Assembly (NCBI RefSeq): GCF_000143415.4
Contig: NW_003314266.1
Location: 2,523,856-2,587,855 of the forward strand
Length of the DNA stretch: 64,000 nucleotides
Source: Selaginella moellendorffii
Taxonomy: Eukaryota; Plantae; Lycopodiophyta
Reading direction: 5' to 3'
The position numbers were made by a program, and so were the translations under genes. Shown piece by piece: positions 48,230-60,427 of the stretch. Each line of letters begins with the position of its first letter. The first letter of the stretch is position 1. The notes under the pieces are model-generated. The model was given only the letters and a program-made list of their open reading frames with translations, searched no databases and was not told the origin of the DNA.

Positions 48230-49379
48230 AAATTCTTGTTCATGCCAACAATTAATTAAAAAAGGAGGTCTTGTAAAGAGGTTATAGATATCAGAGTCAG
48301 TTGCTTGTGCCTTAAAGAAGTCAATAAGCTTTTCAAGTGTCTTAAGAACTTTCAGATTCAACTCTGCTAATTTTCCTAGCTGCATTTACGCTCCTCAACC
48401 AAGGTTTTTGCACAATGGCTTTGATTCAAGAGTTTAAAATTTTGTACTATTACCTTGTGCTAGAGGCTTTGTCCATGCATGTTGATTATCATATTTGCCA
48501 TCTCGGTCATCTTTTAACATTTTTTATGTAAACGTAAGGCACAGATGAAAATACATGACTGTAGCTTTTGCACTTCCTCCCACCAGGAGTTTTCAGTGTA
48601 GAAGACAAAAGAGATATAAGCATAACTCTTTGATTCCGAATAGACTGCCTTGTAGAATAACACAAAAAACTCACCCAAATTGTCCACAAGACTTTGTAAG
48701 TACTTGAGCTGGAGCTAGAGCTTCTGCTGCTCTTCCAGCCCTCTGGCTCAGACTGGCCACAGACCTGGAATTCTATGTCAAACTCACTAGAGCTCCATAA
48801 AACATAATTTACCATTTACCTCATCTAGCTTTGGCTCCGGGACCTTAATAATATGCTCCAAGACTTGAATACATAAAATAAGCTCTGAGCTCCAAGAATT
48901 TCAATTTACATTTGCCTCCAACTTATGCTTCTCCTATTTCAACTCCTGTAACTCCTAAATCACATGTGAACTCACTACATCTCCATGAAATGCATGCAAT
49001 CTAAATTTACCTAATCCAACTTTGGCTGTGGGACTTCAAGGGTGCACTTCAGCTCCTCAGTGGTGAGCTCTGGCTCCACAAGGGAGAGGTCTAGTTCCTC
49101 ATTAATGTGCTCTGAGACTTGTATTTATAAAATAAGCTTGAAGCTCTAAACATGTCAGTTTACATTTACCTCAACTCGCACTTCCACTGCTCCAACTCCT
49201 CTAGCTCCTGAATCATATGTGAGCTCGTCACAGCTCCATAAAATGCATGCAATCTATACTTCCATCTTAGGCTCCAGGTACCTCCAGAACTTGGATTCAT
49301 ATAGAAGCTCCAGGTACTGCCCCCGCCCCCCACCACCCCAACCCCGCACACTCCCCCGGCCCCCCCCCCCCCCCCCCCT

Positions 49380-51062
49380 CGTTCCACCGACAGCAGCCAA
49401 TCAGTCAACTGTTTCACGTTACAAAGATAGGATTTCGAAACGTTCCTGTGGCTAATGATTTACATTTATGTCCTATACTATTATAGTAGAAAGCAGAAGT
49501 TTGTTAGCATGCAGTTCTTTTTCCATGGCTTACACCAGCCTTTACCCTTAAAATTACTGACTGCAGCAGCTGAGGTCGCTCAGCTGCTGTACCTTGCTAG
49601 CTTGCCTGCTGTTTAAGAACTGATGTTGTAAGCATTGATGACAAGCTCAGCCTTCCTTGTGCTGCCAACCAGTGAGCAACAACCACAAGTGTGAAAGAGA
49701 AGATCACAATCAATACCAAAACTAAATATTGCAAGAACCACAATGCTGTCACCAACACCTGGAATTTGATTTGAAACACAATCTTTAACTAAGATACCAG
49801 TACGACATTCACAGACAATTGGCAAAAGTATGCACCAAGTTAAGAGAATCTGAAAGAAAACAACTACCAACAAGAAGATCAATGCACCTTAAGTGTAGAA
49901 GACAATGTAGAGCAAATGACAGAGGCCAGCCTGAACACCTTGAAGTGTATAGATGCCACCATCGCCTCTCAGAACTGCAAGCGGAAAACTTGAGAACGAG
50001 TTTCTGTACCAGTCAAAAGATTTAGGCCGAGCCCACATTGCCTTGACACTTCTCCGGCAGCTGGTGAAGATGTCCATAAACTAACATAAGGCTTGATCCC
50101 GTGAGGTTGAGGCAAGAGCAAAGACGATCAGCTCTCCTACAATCTTGGTCTCCTGTGACGTCTTTTAGATTGCTTCTATACATGACTCTATGACAGGAGT
50201 GCCACTATACATGGCTCCCTAGAGCAGCTTTATAACCACATGGCAGATGTATGGACTCTTGATGTGATATTGTAAGGTTCTGTTTGTTTCACAAACAGAA
50301 CGCACATTGTCATAAGTAGGAATGAACTCTATGTTGGCCAGCCTCCTTATTACTCTAACTCTCTTTACATGCTTATTCGCCATAGACTGAAGTTAATTGT
50401 TGCAATTTTGTTATAACTTTAGCTATCGCTGTCAAGCAGGATGCACCTAATTCTCTCAGCTCAAACTTCAAAAGCTTTTTGAAAACAAGGTTCGCTTACT
50501 GGGTTACCCCACAGGATGTTCATAAATTTCTAAACTGAATTGTAGACTGAATTGTTGGAGGAGACATCTGACGAAATAGCAGCACCAGTTCTTTCCAGGA
50601 GCAATGCCACTCCAGTAGCTCTCGTCATGGGTAAGAAGAGGCCATAGTTGACAAATGTGGTGCGGGAAGCAGGAGCTGCGACTGCATTCGAAAGAGGATG
50701 TGACGCTGTCTGGAAATATTGTGCTAGAATCACCTGCTAATGTACTCGATCGTGCACCAACAGGAGCCAGCTCCTACCAAAAGACCAGAATCAGTGCCCT
50801 GTCCATCTAATGACAGTACTACTCAGGCATGCACAGCTCCTCTTGATAATGCTTAGTATTGATTTTCATTGTCTTTACTTCAGAGCTTTCTTGCGCTATT
50901 TACCTAGACCGATGTGCTTTAACTTATGTTTTACATCCTTTTCAAAAATTTGAAGTAAAATAGTGAAGGAGCTGCAGTAAGGTATGAAACTAATACTACC
51001 TTCAAATCTTTTGTTACATACCAAACCAATCGGGGATTAATTGAACCTACGAGTAAGTCTTG
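49380..51062. repeat. Degenerate segment, direct duplicate of ~52710-55268
   Basis: Shared ordered blocks: ccaccgacagcagcc, gatgacaagctcag, agaggccagcctgaacacctt, ggagccagctcctaccaaaagaccagaatcagtgcc, gaacctacgagtaagtctt. Confidence 0.75.
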
Positions 51063-51079
51063 AGGAGCCTTTCTTTAAG

Positions 51080-51945
51080 AGTGCTCATGGAAAATCAGAA
51101 GATGGCACTCGTGGAAAATTATAAAAGATAGTGGTTATGGAAAAGAATAAAAGGATAGCACTCTCGCTCCCAGAAAATCATCGGAGTATAACACTCGTGT
51201 TCACAAAAAAGAATTGGGGGACAACAACTACAACAAAAGTAAGGTGAGTTGTGAGAGATGAATTTTTTTTTTACCTCTTTGGTTTTTCTCTCGAAGTTGC
51301 AAGAGAAGAATATTTTTCCAACATTGATAGGGCAAAAGCTAGTAAGTCTATTTCTTCATTATATATATTATTGATTGATGTTGTCTGTTTCTTAAGATTT
51401 TGCGGAGGCTCTTATCACTTGCCCAAAGATTCCAGATGCAAATGTAAACTTTTGGGATTCAAGATGAAAACAAAAGGCTCGTCCAGAGTTTTATAAGCCG
51501 TTCATTTTCCTCATTGAACCATGCAACCTAATGAGCATATGCCATTTGGCTCCCCCAAGATAATGAGTCATCTTGGATCCCAAAAGCTTACGTTCGTGTC
51601 TGAAATCTTTGGGCAAGTGCTAAGAGTCCGCACAAAATCTTAAAAAACAAACCACATCAATTAATAATGAAGAAACAAACTTATTAGATCTTGCCCCGTT
51701 AATGCTGAAAGAACATTATTTTCTTGCGACTTTGAAAGAAAAACCAAAAAGATTAAAAAAGAATTCACCTTTGACAACTCACCTCACTTCTGCTGTAGTT
51801 GCCATCCTTTAATTCTTTTCCACAAACATGAACGTTGTTCTTTGATGATTTTCCAGAAGCAAGAGTGTTGTCCTCCAATTCTCTTCCACAACCACTGTCT
51901 AATAATTTTTCCATAAGTGCCATCCTCCAATTTTCCACTAGCACT
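51080..51945. repeat. Large imperfect inverted repeat (~385-bp arms, ~100-bp spacer) with short tandem motifs at the outer ends
   Basis: 51080-51467 is the reverse complement of 51568-51945 (e.g. cacttgcccaaagatt / aatctttgggcaagtg). Confidence 0.8.
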
Positions 51946-52709
51946 GTCCTCCGATGATTTTCCAAGAGCACTGTCCTCCAATTTTCCACAAGCATAGCGA
52001 GAGAGGGGAGCTTGGACAACCTGGGAAGGAGAAGAGGATCATCAACAAAGAATTCACACGACTCCTTACCTTGCTCCAGTCCATCCCGCCGTCATCACAA
52101 CTCCATACTTCCCTCTTCAGGCACCCAGATTTCTGATCAGCATCCATTTCTTCTCTCCTAGAAAACCAGCGAGCGTCCATTTCCTTAGAAAGACACTTAT
52201 CTTTAATATCTTTAAAGGGTAAGCAAACCTGCATTCGAATGCAAACCTTCAGAATCACAAAGCAACTTCCTAGAGCCTTCCAAGTCCTTTCTTTTGTGCT
52301 ATTACCTTTGCCCGACGGGAGAGATCGAACAACGTGTTGAGGACCTGATGCACCTTAGGGAGTGCAGAGAAACAGGAGACACGCACGGATCAGGTATTCC
52401 TTTCTTCATCATGCTGTCGAGAATGTCGCTGAGCAAGCTCACGATCTGCAATATCCTCAAAGTCTGACCTTCAGAACCGAACAGCAGTTTGCTCGCTTTG
52501 GAACACGAACATGGTCAGTGCACAATCTTCCGAGATCATTCACACCGCCTGTTAGCCTGAAAAATGTAAAAACGACGCACCTCACACGACAAGGGGCCAG
52601 CGCCGCCTTGCAAGCCGAGCACAACGACGCCATGGATCCTTGAAAGGCACTGTGCTATAGGGCTAATCCCAGCCTCCAATTTCGAAACCCCATCCAACGG
52701 CGGTCGGTT

Positions 52710-55268
52710 GCTCCACCGACAGCAGCCGGTTGTCATGGGATATTCCGCGTTACTATTATCTATTAACTACAACTCCACCACCAGTGCTCGAGAGCTCGAG
52801 CACCTTCGAAAGCTCTCGCAACCGAGCGTATGAAACCGCTGTATGGACTCAGAATGCCAATGCTCAGCAATGCTTCGATGATTTCTTCAGCTCGCTCATC
52901 TCACCTGTGAAACAATGCTCCCCACCTCAAATGCAAGCCAGGCTCACTTGAAATACATGATCCCACTTCGGTGTTTCCTGAGAGACCATCGCTGCATGCG
53001 GAGCTGAGCTCTTGCACGAGCTTTGTCACTCTGCATCTTCCGCGTTGTAGGATTGTCAAGTTGTACCATCTGCTTTTGATTGTTCTCAAAGCCTTTGAGC
53101 TTTTACCCCATAAGTTCTAAGAGAGTTGCTTCCCATCCAAGTTTGCGAGCTGGGACGAAGAAAAAACGTTACCAGCCATCGGAAGAAGAGGCACATTGCA
53201 CTCTACCTTCAAGTGAGAAGCTACTTCTCCATGAAAAAGGAACTGCGGCAGTGGGGTATACATAGGATCGTCTGCTGCAAATCGAGATTTAAGGAAACAC
53301 TGCACTGCAGAGAAGACAGACAATTGCCTTCGGGGGACAGAAAACATCCTTTCACAGTGTCAATGGCACATGTCCTTCATGCCCAGAAACTCCAAGCATC
53401 TCACAAAAGCTGAAACGTATTAGAAAAAACAAGCTGTTCTGCAACCGAGACCTCGTGCAGAAGCTGCCAGTACAGAGACATGCTGGCGTTGATAAGTGTG
53501 GTGAAACGCCCCGTTGTATCCTTCCCAAACTTGCAGCTGCGTTAAATGCCGCTTCGAGAGCTGAAATTGCATATAAGACGCCGGGAGGGAGATAATCCCA
53601 CCACCTGGAGCAGTCATTCGCTGTCTTTGGAGTGCTTCCTAGATAGAGATGTTCTTTTCCCATACAAACCTGTCGTCGCCATGGCTAAGAAGGCCCAGAG
53701 AGCTTTCCCAACCATGGCAACGAACCTCCTTGCATCCGAGATCACGGAGGAACGGTCTGCATTTTTTTCCCAGCATAAGAATCGCTGCCCACAGCAGCTG
53801 AGCGAGGTTGCTCAGCTACTGTAGGAACTGACGTTGTAAGCATCGATGACAAGCTCAGTCTTCCTTGTGCTGCCAACCCGTGAGCAATAGCCGCAAGTGT
53901 GAAAGAAAAGACCACCGTCAATACCAGAACCTTTGTTGCCACCTCCCTGACTGCTCGCCAAATACTCAGATAGCATGCTGAATATCGCAGCAACCACAGT
54001 GCCGTCAGCACCACCTGGAGTTTGATTCGAAGCACGATCTTTTTAACTGAGATACCAGTGGACAATTGGCTAAAGTATGTACCAGGTTAAAAGAATCTTG
54101 AAACAAACAAGTATCAACAAAAAAAAATCAACACACCTAAAGTGTAGAAGACAACGTAGAGCGAATGACAGAGGCCAGCCTGAACACCTTCAAGTGTATA
54201 GATGCCAATTGGACAACTTATTACTGTCGTTCTTAGCTTTCTGTCCAGCTTCTCAGAATTGACTTGAGGATGAGCTTCTTTACCAGTCAAAAGATTTAGG
54301 CCACATGCCTACATGCTTCTCCGGAAGCTGGTCAAGACGTCCACAAATGCATATCAATCTGAAACGCTCTTTGTGATACAGCTCCTGCGCCAAATAAGGC
54401 ACGCACTAACGTAACGATCGTGCACTACACAAGGTGGAGCCAGCTCCTACCAAAAGACCAGAATCAGTGCCGTGTCCATCTAATGTCAGTACTAGTCAGG
54501 CGTGCACAGCTCCTCTCGATAGTGCTGGTAATGCTTCTATCGCTATAACAATTTTTCATTGTCCTTCTGCAGAAGTTTCCGTGACTTGATAAGAGCTCTC
54601 GCGTGCCAATGCTGTTTGTCCAGACCGATGTGCTTTTGCTCAAAATTTGGTGATGCTAGCACAATATTTCCAGGCAGCATCACATCCTCTTTCGAATGTA
54701 GTCGCAGCTCCCCACATTTGTCAATTATGGCCTCTTTTTAGCAATATCTTACCCGTGCTGCTATTTCGTCAGATGTCAATAGAAACCTATGAACGTTTTT
54801 GTTGGATCCTGCGGTAAGCGAACCTTGTTAAAGAGCCCTTTCAAAAAACTTTTGAGAGCATCAGGTGGATCCTGCTCTACAGCGATAGCTAAAGTTATAA
54901 CAACAATTACCTCCTGTAAACAGGAGTAAAAAGGAGGCTGGCCAACATAGAGTTCATTCCTGTTCATGACAATGCGCGTCAATGTAAAACAAACAGAACT
55001 TTACAATATCACACCAAGAGTCTGCTCTAGGGAGCCATGTATAGTGGAGCTCCTGTCACAGCATCATGGTTTCACGAATGTATAGAAGCAATCTAAAAGA
55101 CAACCTTCGATCGAGCGAAGAACCATTTGTGTTGCAAGACATGTCCACAATCGCAGAGCTGATTCCAACAATAGACACTCACAGGATTTCACAATCCAGA
55201 AGTGGTGCCTTCACCGGCACCGATCTCCCAGTGGATGGTGTAGTGCCCGAACCTACGAGTAAGTCTTC
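52710..55268 (-). pseudogene. Degenerate mosaic of unidentified gene fragments (hydrophobic ORF pieces), duplicate of 49380-51062
   Basis: Short broken ORFs with TM-like segments; no coherent gene model. Confidence 0.4.
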
Positions 55269-55589
55269 TTAGAAAAAGTCTCGCACTAATCTTTGTCGCT
55301 CTTGCTGTGCTTGAGCATACCGTCTGGGACATCGATCGATCAGGGGCAAACAAGAAAACAAGAATGCAGCTCATAGAACCTGGCCAGTGCATCTCGTCAA
55401 AAAGCCTAGAGCGATACCCAGAGTAGAAATTCTTCTGGTACATTTATTTTGTATGGTAAGAATTCTTTTCTCTTTTTCGTTCTTGAAGGCAAGAAAATTC
55501 CCCCGTACAACGTGGCTGGGATAGAATTTCTGACAAGACATGACAAGACATGTCCAACAGACGCTCGTAGTGCTCCTCGGATGGCATTC

Positions 55590-56738
55590 TCATTCTCCAA
55601 AACTGTTAAGGCAACTTATGCTCCACAGCCACACATTTTTTGCCACAAGACTTTCCTCTGCTTCTTCTTGATCACCTCGCCTTCGCTTCAAGCCCGGCTT
55701 CAAAACCATCTTCTCCATCTCCAGATACAATTCCTGCTGTACAGCAGAATGCTTGACGACCCATGGATGCTTCTCAATTTCATGGATTGGCAGCCTCTTT
55801 CTCGGGTCCAAGTGGAGCAGCTGGAGAATGAGATCTTTGGCTTCCTCGCTCACATCCGTCCAGTCAAGGGAGCTTACAGGCACTTCCTTCCTCCCCACCC
55901 AGAATGCAAACTGCCCCGACAATATCTCATACAAGACAATGCCCATGCCCCACATATCTACCATCTCATCATACTCATCATCAGAATTCACCATCTCTGG
56001 GGCACTGTAAGCCTGTGTCCCAGAAAGGTCGCTCATCCTAAATTTTACGCCTGGCCCCTCGCTCAACCAACACGTTCCAAAGTCAGCCACCTTTATGCTG
56101 TCAAATTTCTCCTTAATCCCTAGGAGGATGTTGGCAGTGTTGATATCCCTATGAGCTATTCCCATGTCGTGCATTTCGCCCACAGTCCTGGCCACTTTCT
56201 TTATCACCAGTGCTGCCTCGTGCTCACTCAGCCTCCCTTTGTCCTTCAACACATCTCGCAGCGAGCACTGGCACAACTCCATGACAAGGTGATAGTATTC
56301 TTGTTCTTTGAAAACGTCCACTAGTTGAACCACACCACTTTTTGCTGTGCTCTTGGAGAGTTTCGTGAGTACTCTCATCTCCAACTCCGCTTGGTCTTCA
56401 AGATTGTCGGTGACTCGAATTGATTTACAAGCGAACAATTGACCGTCGCTCTTGCGTTTGATTTGGTAGACACTTGATTGGCCTCCCTGACCCAGCTCCT
56501 TTTCCACCGAGAACAAGTCTCCCATGCTTGCCTGGTTAAACTCCATCGCCTCCATAGATCGCACCAGTGCCATCTGCTCGTCCATCAATTTCCTGTGCTC
56601 CTCCATCGATTCAGTGCTCGGTGTAGCAGCTTCTTCGTCTTGTGGGGGAGGTATTTTGAGTAGCTCGTAGAGCTCCTTCAGCTTCCAAAGTGCATCAAGT
56701 AGCACCTCTTCTTGAGGCTTACCTTCGTCAAGCGCCAT
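55590..56738 (-). CDS. Intronless Ser/Thr protein kinase (CAMK/CDPK-related catalytic domain, no EF hands)
   Basis: LGQGGQSSV, FACK, E-helix, HRDINTAN, DFG, YSAPE, DMWGMG, VSEEAKDLI..HPW. Confidence 0.88.
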   Translation of the reverse strand: MALDEGKPQEEVLLDALWKLKELYELLKIPPPQDEEAATPSTESMEEHRKLMDEQMALVRSMEAMEFNQASMGDLFSVEKELGQGGQSSVYQIKRKSDGQLFACKSIRVTDNLEDQAELEMRVLTKLSKSTAKSGVVQLVDVFKEQEYYHLVMELCQCSLRDVLKDKGRLSEHEAALVIKKVARTVGEMHDMGIAHRDINTANILLGIKEKFDSIKVADFGTCWLSEGPGVKFRMSDLSGTQAYSAPEMVNSDDEYDEMVDMWGMGIVLYEILSGQFAFWVGRKEVPVSSLDWTDVSEEAKDLILQLLHLDPRKRLPIHEIEKHPWVVKHSAVQQELYLEMEKMVLKPGLKRRRGDQEEAEESLVAKNVWLWSISCLNSFGE

Positions 56739-56949
56739 CCCCTTGAAAGTCTGTTTAACCCTAGTCTTGATGTAGCAATTGCCTTTTTTATAATTTCCTA
56801 TACCAAAAAGGCTGTGAAATGTGAAACCGCTTTTTCCACAAACAATTTTTACCTTTCTTATTCAAAAGAATCCAATACGTCTGAATAAAAGCATTAAACA
56901 AAGTGCCTAGTGACTTGGTGGAAATACTTTTTGTTTCCAAATAATCGGC

Positions 56950-57700
56950 GAGCATCCTATTGCTCACAGCAAACCACGAACACAATGCTGTGAGAATCGC
57001 CGGCGCTTCATTCCCTGCGGTGTGGTGCGCTTGGTCTGCGCAGTGTGAGCCTGGCAACCAGCTCTGTTGAGTTCTTGGCGGCATTCACTGACAAAACCTT
57101 CACGAGGAAAGATGGAAAACGTTAATCGACTCATTCTAAGACAAACCTGTGGAATCACAATGCAATCTCCGCAATCGCCAGCTGCTCACGCAATCTCAGA
57201 GTTGTGGCCTGCTCTCGGAATCATGCCCAGATTTTCCAGTTACACCGACAACGGAAAGTTCTCGGAGTGGAGAAAAGGATTTGGCACTGGAACTTTTCTC
57301 CATCATGCTGGATCAAGGACGCGAGAATCTTTGTGGCTGTTCTTGGTGCCTACGCGCGGGAGAAGACGGCAGGGAGCTGGCTGGGTAAATGGTGAAAGTG
57401 GTGTCCGTTAGAGAGGCAGTCAGTCGGGACACGAGAAAAAAAACAACACACACACGTCCAAAGCTCACATACCGCATTAGTGGGATATTTTGGCTCTCGC
57501 GTTAACAGTCTTCGCAGGCTGGACCGCATCGACGACATAGCCGATCTTGCAATGAGAATGTTCTTTACCGATTTGGCACTGGCTGTGGACGACATCGAGC
57601 AGTTGATTAGAGTCTTCTCCAGGTTTTCGACCTGTGTCCAAAATTTAAAACGATATCACTCACAATAGCAGAGAATGGCAAAGTTCCAACCTTTATGATT
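56950..57700 (-). pseudogene. CCT1/TCP-1 alpha duplicate pseudogene (intron-containing, heavily deleted)
   Basis: Blocks match 60620-61070 and 62000-62265 including intron sequence. Confidence 0.85.
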
Positions 57701-58661
57701 TTGAGCGTTTCTTCTCGCTGGCTAGAGAGTCGCGGGCGCGTCCTCGCCAGTTCTTTGCTTCTCCATGCCTGTATGGTGTCGCCTTCTTGCCACTCGTTGA
57801 ACCCATCGACAACATTCCAAAACCTGGAACTTGAATTGGACGTAGCGAGCAGAGATAAACGTAGATACCTCTTTGGCTACATCTTTTACCCGTCGAAGCG
57901 AGCTCAAGCTCCCAGTGTGCACGCTTTTCTTCCCTCGCTTGTAGCCTTTGGTCAGCTTTCCTTCCGTCACCATGCATAACGCCACTCGTCCACTTCCACT
58001 CGTGAAAACCGCTCGAACCTCCAATTTCCAATTGGATTTTCCTCCTGGAGACAAGTTTGAGTGACGGGAGGATGGAAATGCAAAGAACCATGTACCTGGA
58101 TGGGCTTCAAGAGACCCTCCTCATGTCATCTACCAGTTCCTACATGACTTTGTAACGCATCTTAACGCCTTTGCTGCCCCTCACCGTCGGCTGCGTGCGT
58201 TACGTTGACGATTCCTCCACGAACGCAAACTTCCTAGACAAACGCGTTATGAGAGGAACTGTAGAAAAGTCTTTAAAAACAAGAGCCTTACTTTGGCACC
58301 GACAGCACCTAAAGCAAGAGCTATGGCTTTGCCAACGCACCTGTAACCAGACTGAAATGCGAATAGTATTTCCTGAGTTGCCTATACTAGACTGAGAAAG
58401 CCCCCTGGTACATGAATCTTCAAGTTTAAAGGAGGGATAAAAAAACGCTCTATGATAAGATATTCTATTACTCGAGGAAACCGCTACTTAGCTTTTCGTG
58501 ATGAGCTCGACTAAACATGGCGAATTTCTCCGTCTCAGTTTTGGTGGAAAACTTCCAATATCCTCAACGAACCACTTTGATATCCTGTAGATGACACAGT
58601 GAGATCAAGGAAAATGTAGAAACCGAGAGAGTACCTCTAAAGATAGAAAAGGATGCGCTGC

Positions 58662-60135
58662 TCAACTGTTCAAGTAAGGGTGTAATGACGGTGGCCTGAA
58701 ACGTCTGGACAATCCCACTACTCTTCGCTGTGATAGAGTGGTCGAGGATTGTACTGGAGGCAGGAGCTCGTCTGTAGAAAAGAAAGAGAGTGTTGTGCAA
58801 CAATCAACGAGCGACATGCCTTACCCGGAGTTGCAGAGGAACATTCAGGCTTCTTCACTGTCACATTCCAGGGAGGCGCTGATCAAAGATAAGAAAAAAG
58901 AAGAGCTTACCTTTTGCGGTTTCGCCTACTCCAAAAGAAGCACTTACATCTTCTCCTTCATTCATTCTCCGCTTTTTAATTCTCTTCGGAGAAGCGTGTC
59001 TGCTAGCATTCGTGCCGTTCCCTTGCTCTTCCTTTTCGCCCTTTCCAATCAAACAGACACTTCCTTAAAGCAAAGAAGTAAAGCGCAAAAACTTACTCTA
59101 CGTTTGGTGCTGTCTGGCATATCTTCTACCTGGGCTCCAGTCGCCAGCAAGGACAGAATTTATAAACGAGAAGAAAAATAGATAAAACTTACGTACTTCT
59201 TGATGCGTCGCTCGATCTTCTTCGTGAACCATATCCTCTTCCATAGTTGGCTGCAGAGAAACTCTAAAAAATTGTGCAAGAAATAGAAAAATCGAGTGGC
59301 ACCTCTTGCACTTTCGCAAGATCATCTACATCAGCCGGCTGCAAACGAAGAATCAAAAGTAAACGCATAAAAGGGAAAAAGCGCGAAGAGAGGCACCTGT
59401 GGCTGTTTCGTGAGATTTCCTGCACCACTTGGCTACAAGCAAGAAACCACATAATTGTCACGGTCAAGGAGCAAAAGAATAGAAAAGGCGAAAGAGTAGT
59501 ACCTCGTACTGTTTCGAGCGGTCTCCTGCATCAGCTGCCTGGAAACGAGCATTCTAAATGAGAAGGAAACAAAATCAGCGAAGAAAGAATACCTCGCCAG
59601 ATTCTTGTAGCTCAAAAGCTCTTGAGCGACCTTCTTCGTAAGTAACATCGAGCAAGCACTGGAACGCAATGGATGGATTTGTGGGCGACGAAGAAACAAA
59701 ACTGGCCGTCGAGATCTCTGAGGCCACCGCTACATCATTGAGTGACTCTCTGATGGCCCTCTCAAGCTGCATTGCCTCTGCCCGTTCCTGGAAAAAAAAA
59801 AATCTGCGGGTAAATCTCCTCTCTCCAACGCAAAAGGAAAAACAAGAGAAAAAGCAAACCCAAACGAAGCAGAGTGTGGGTGAGTACCTTTGGATTTGGC
59901 CTCGCCTGGAACAAAGGAATGAGCGCCACAGCTCCAAAATCTCTCTCGCACAGACTCATACCTTCTTCTTCTTGTGTGCTGCTGCTGCTGCTGCTGCTGC
60001 CGAGCTTCTGCTCTCACGCTCCGGCCGCCGCCTTGCGCTGGTTCTCACGGGCAGCGCCGAGAAATCTTCATCGTCGTCGTCAGAGACGCTCTCGGCGTAG
60101 GAAATCCTGGATCGCGCTTGCCGCTGCGGCCTCAT
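58662..60135 (-). CDS. Low-complexity nuclear protein with RAD51AP1/RAD51AP2-like motifs, ~11 small exons
   Basis: Hand-spliced in frame: MRPQRQARSRISYAESVSDDDDEDF..., EAMQLERAIRESL, NLS-like PKRIKKRR, ends RRVVGLSRRFRPPSLHPYLNS*; telo-boxes upstream. Confidence 0.72.
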
Positions 60136-60427
60136 CGTGGAAATCTCCTAAACCCTAGAATCTCGTTCTCTTAAAGGTGCCATAAACCCTAAACGTGCAA
60201 AGTTATGAAAAGAAGTTTGGAAAGGTAATAGAAACATATGGTTTACTAACCTGATACTAGTTAATTTAGACTAATAACTAATTACAAAACAAATTACAGT
60301 GTTCTTGTGATTTATGTTAGGCTAAAGGTAAAATTTATAGCTGTCCAACTATTAAAATTACAAAACTACTACACTGTTAATGCAAAATTTGGTCCTCCAC
60401 AACACAAAACCATTGTCGCCTAACTCA

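Noticed and set aside
48600-49320. Recurring AGCTCC motifs as a regulatory array
   Set aside because: Irregular spacing; more likely a decayed repeat, family not identifiable
51060-52000. Short repeats resembling a CRISPR array
   Set aside because: Eukaryotic context, degenerate repeats without unique spacers, no cas genes
52270-53800. PPR-like snippets (LSACS.., AASLGRIQRG)
   Set aside because: Too short and broken to support a PPR gene call
57693-58400. Overlapping ORFs of 74-132 aa
   Set aside because: No recognisable homology or coherent exon structure
58564-58803. ORF-track frame ending DIKVVR* as the last exon
   Set aside because: Splice phases favour the frame ending LHPYLNS* at 58662; the downstream intron is probably in the 3'UTR
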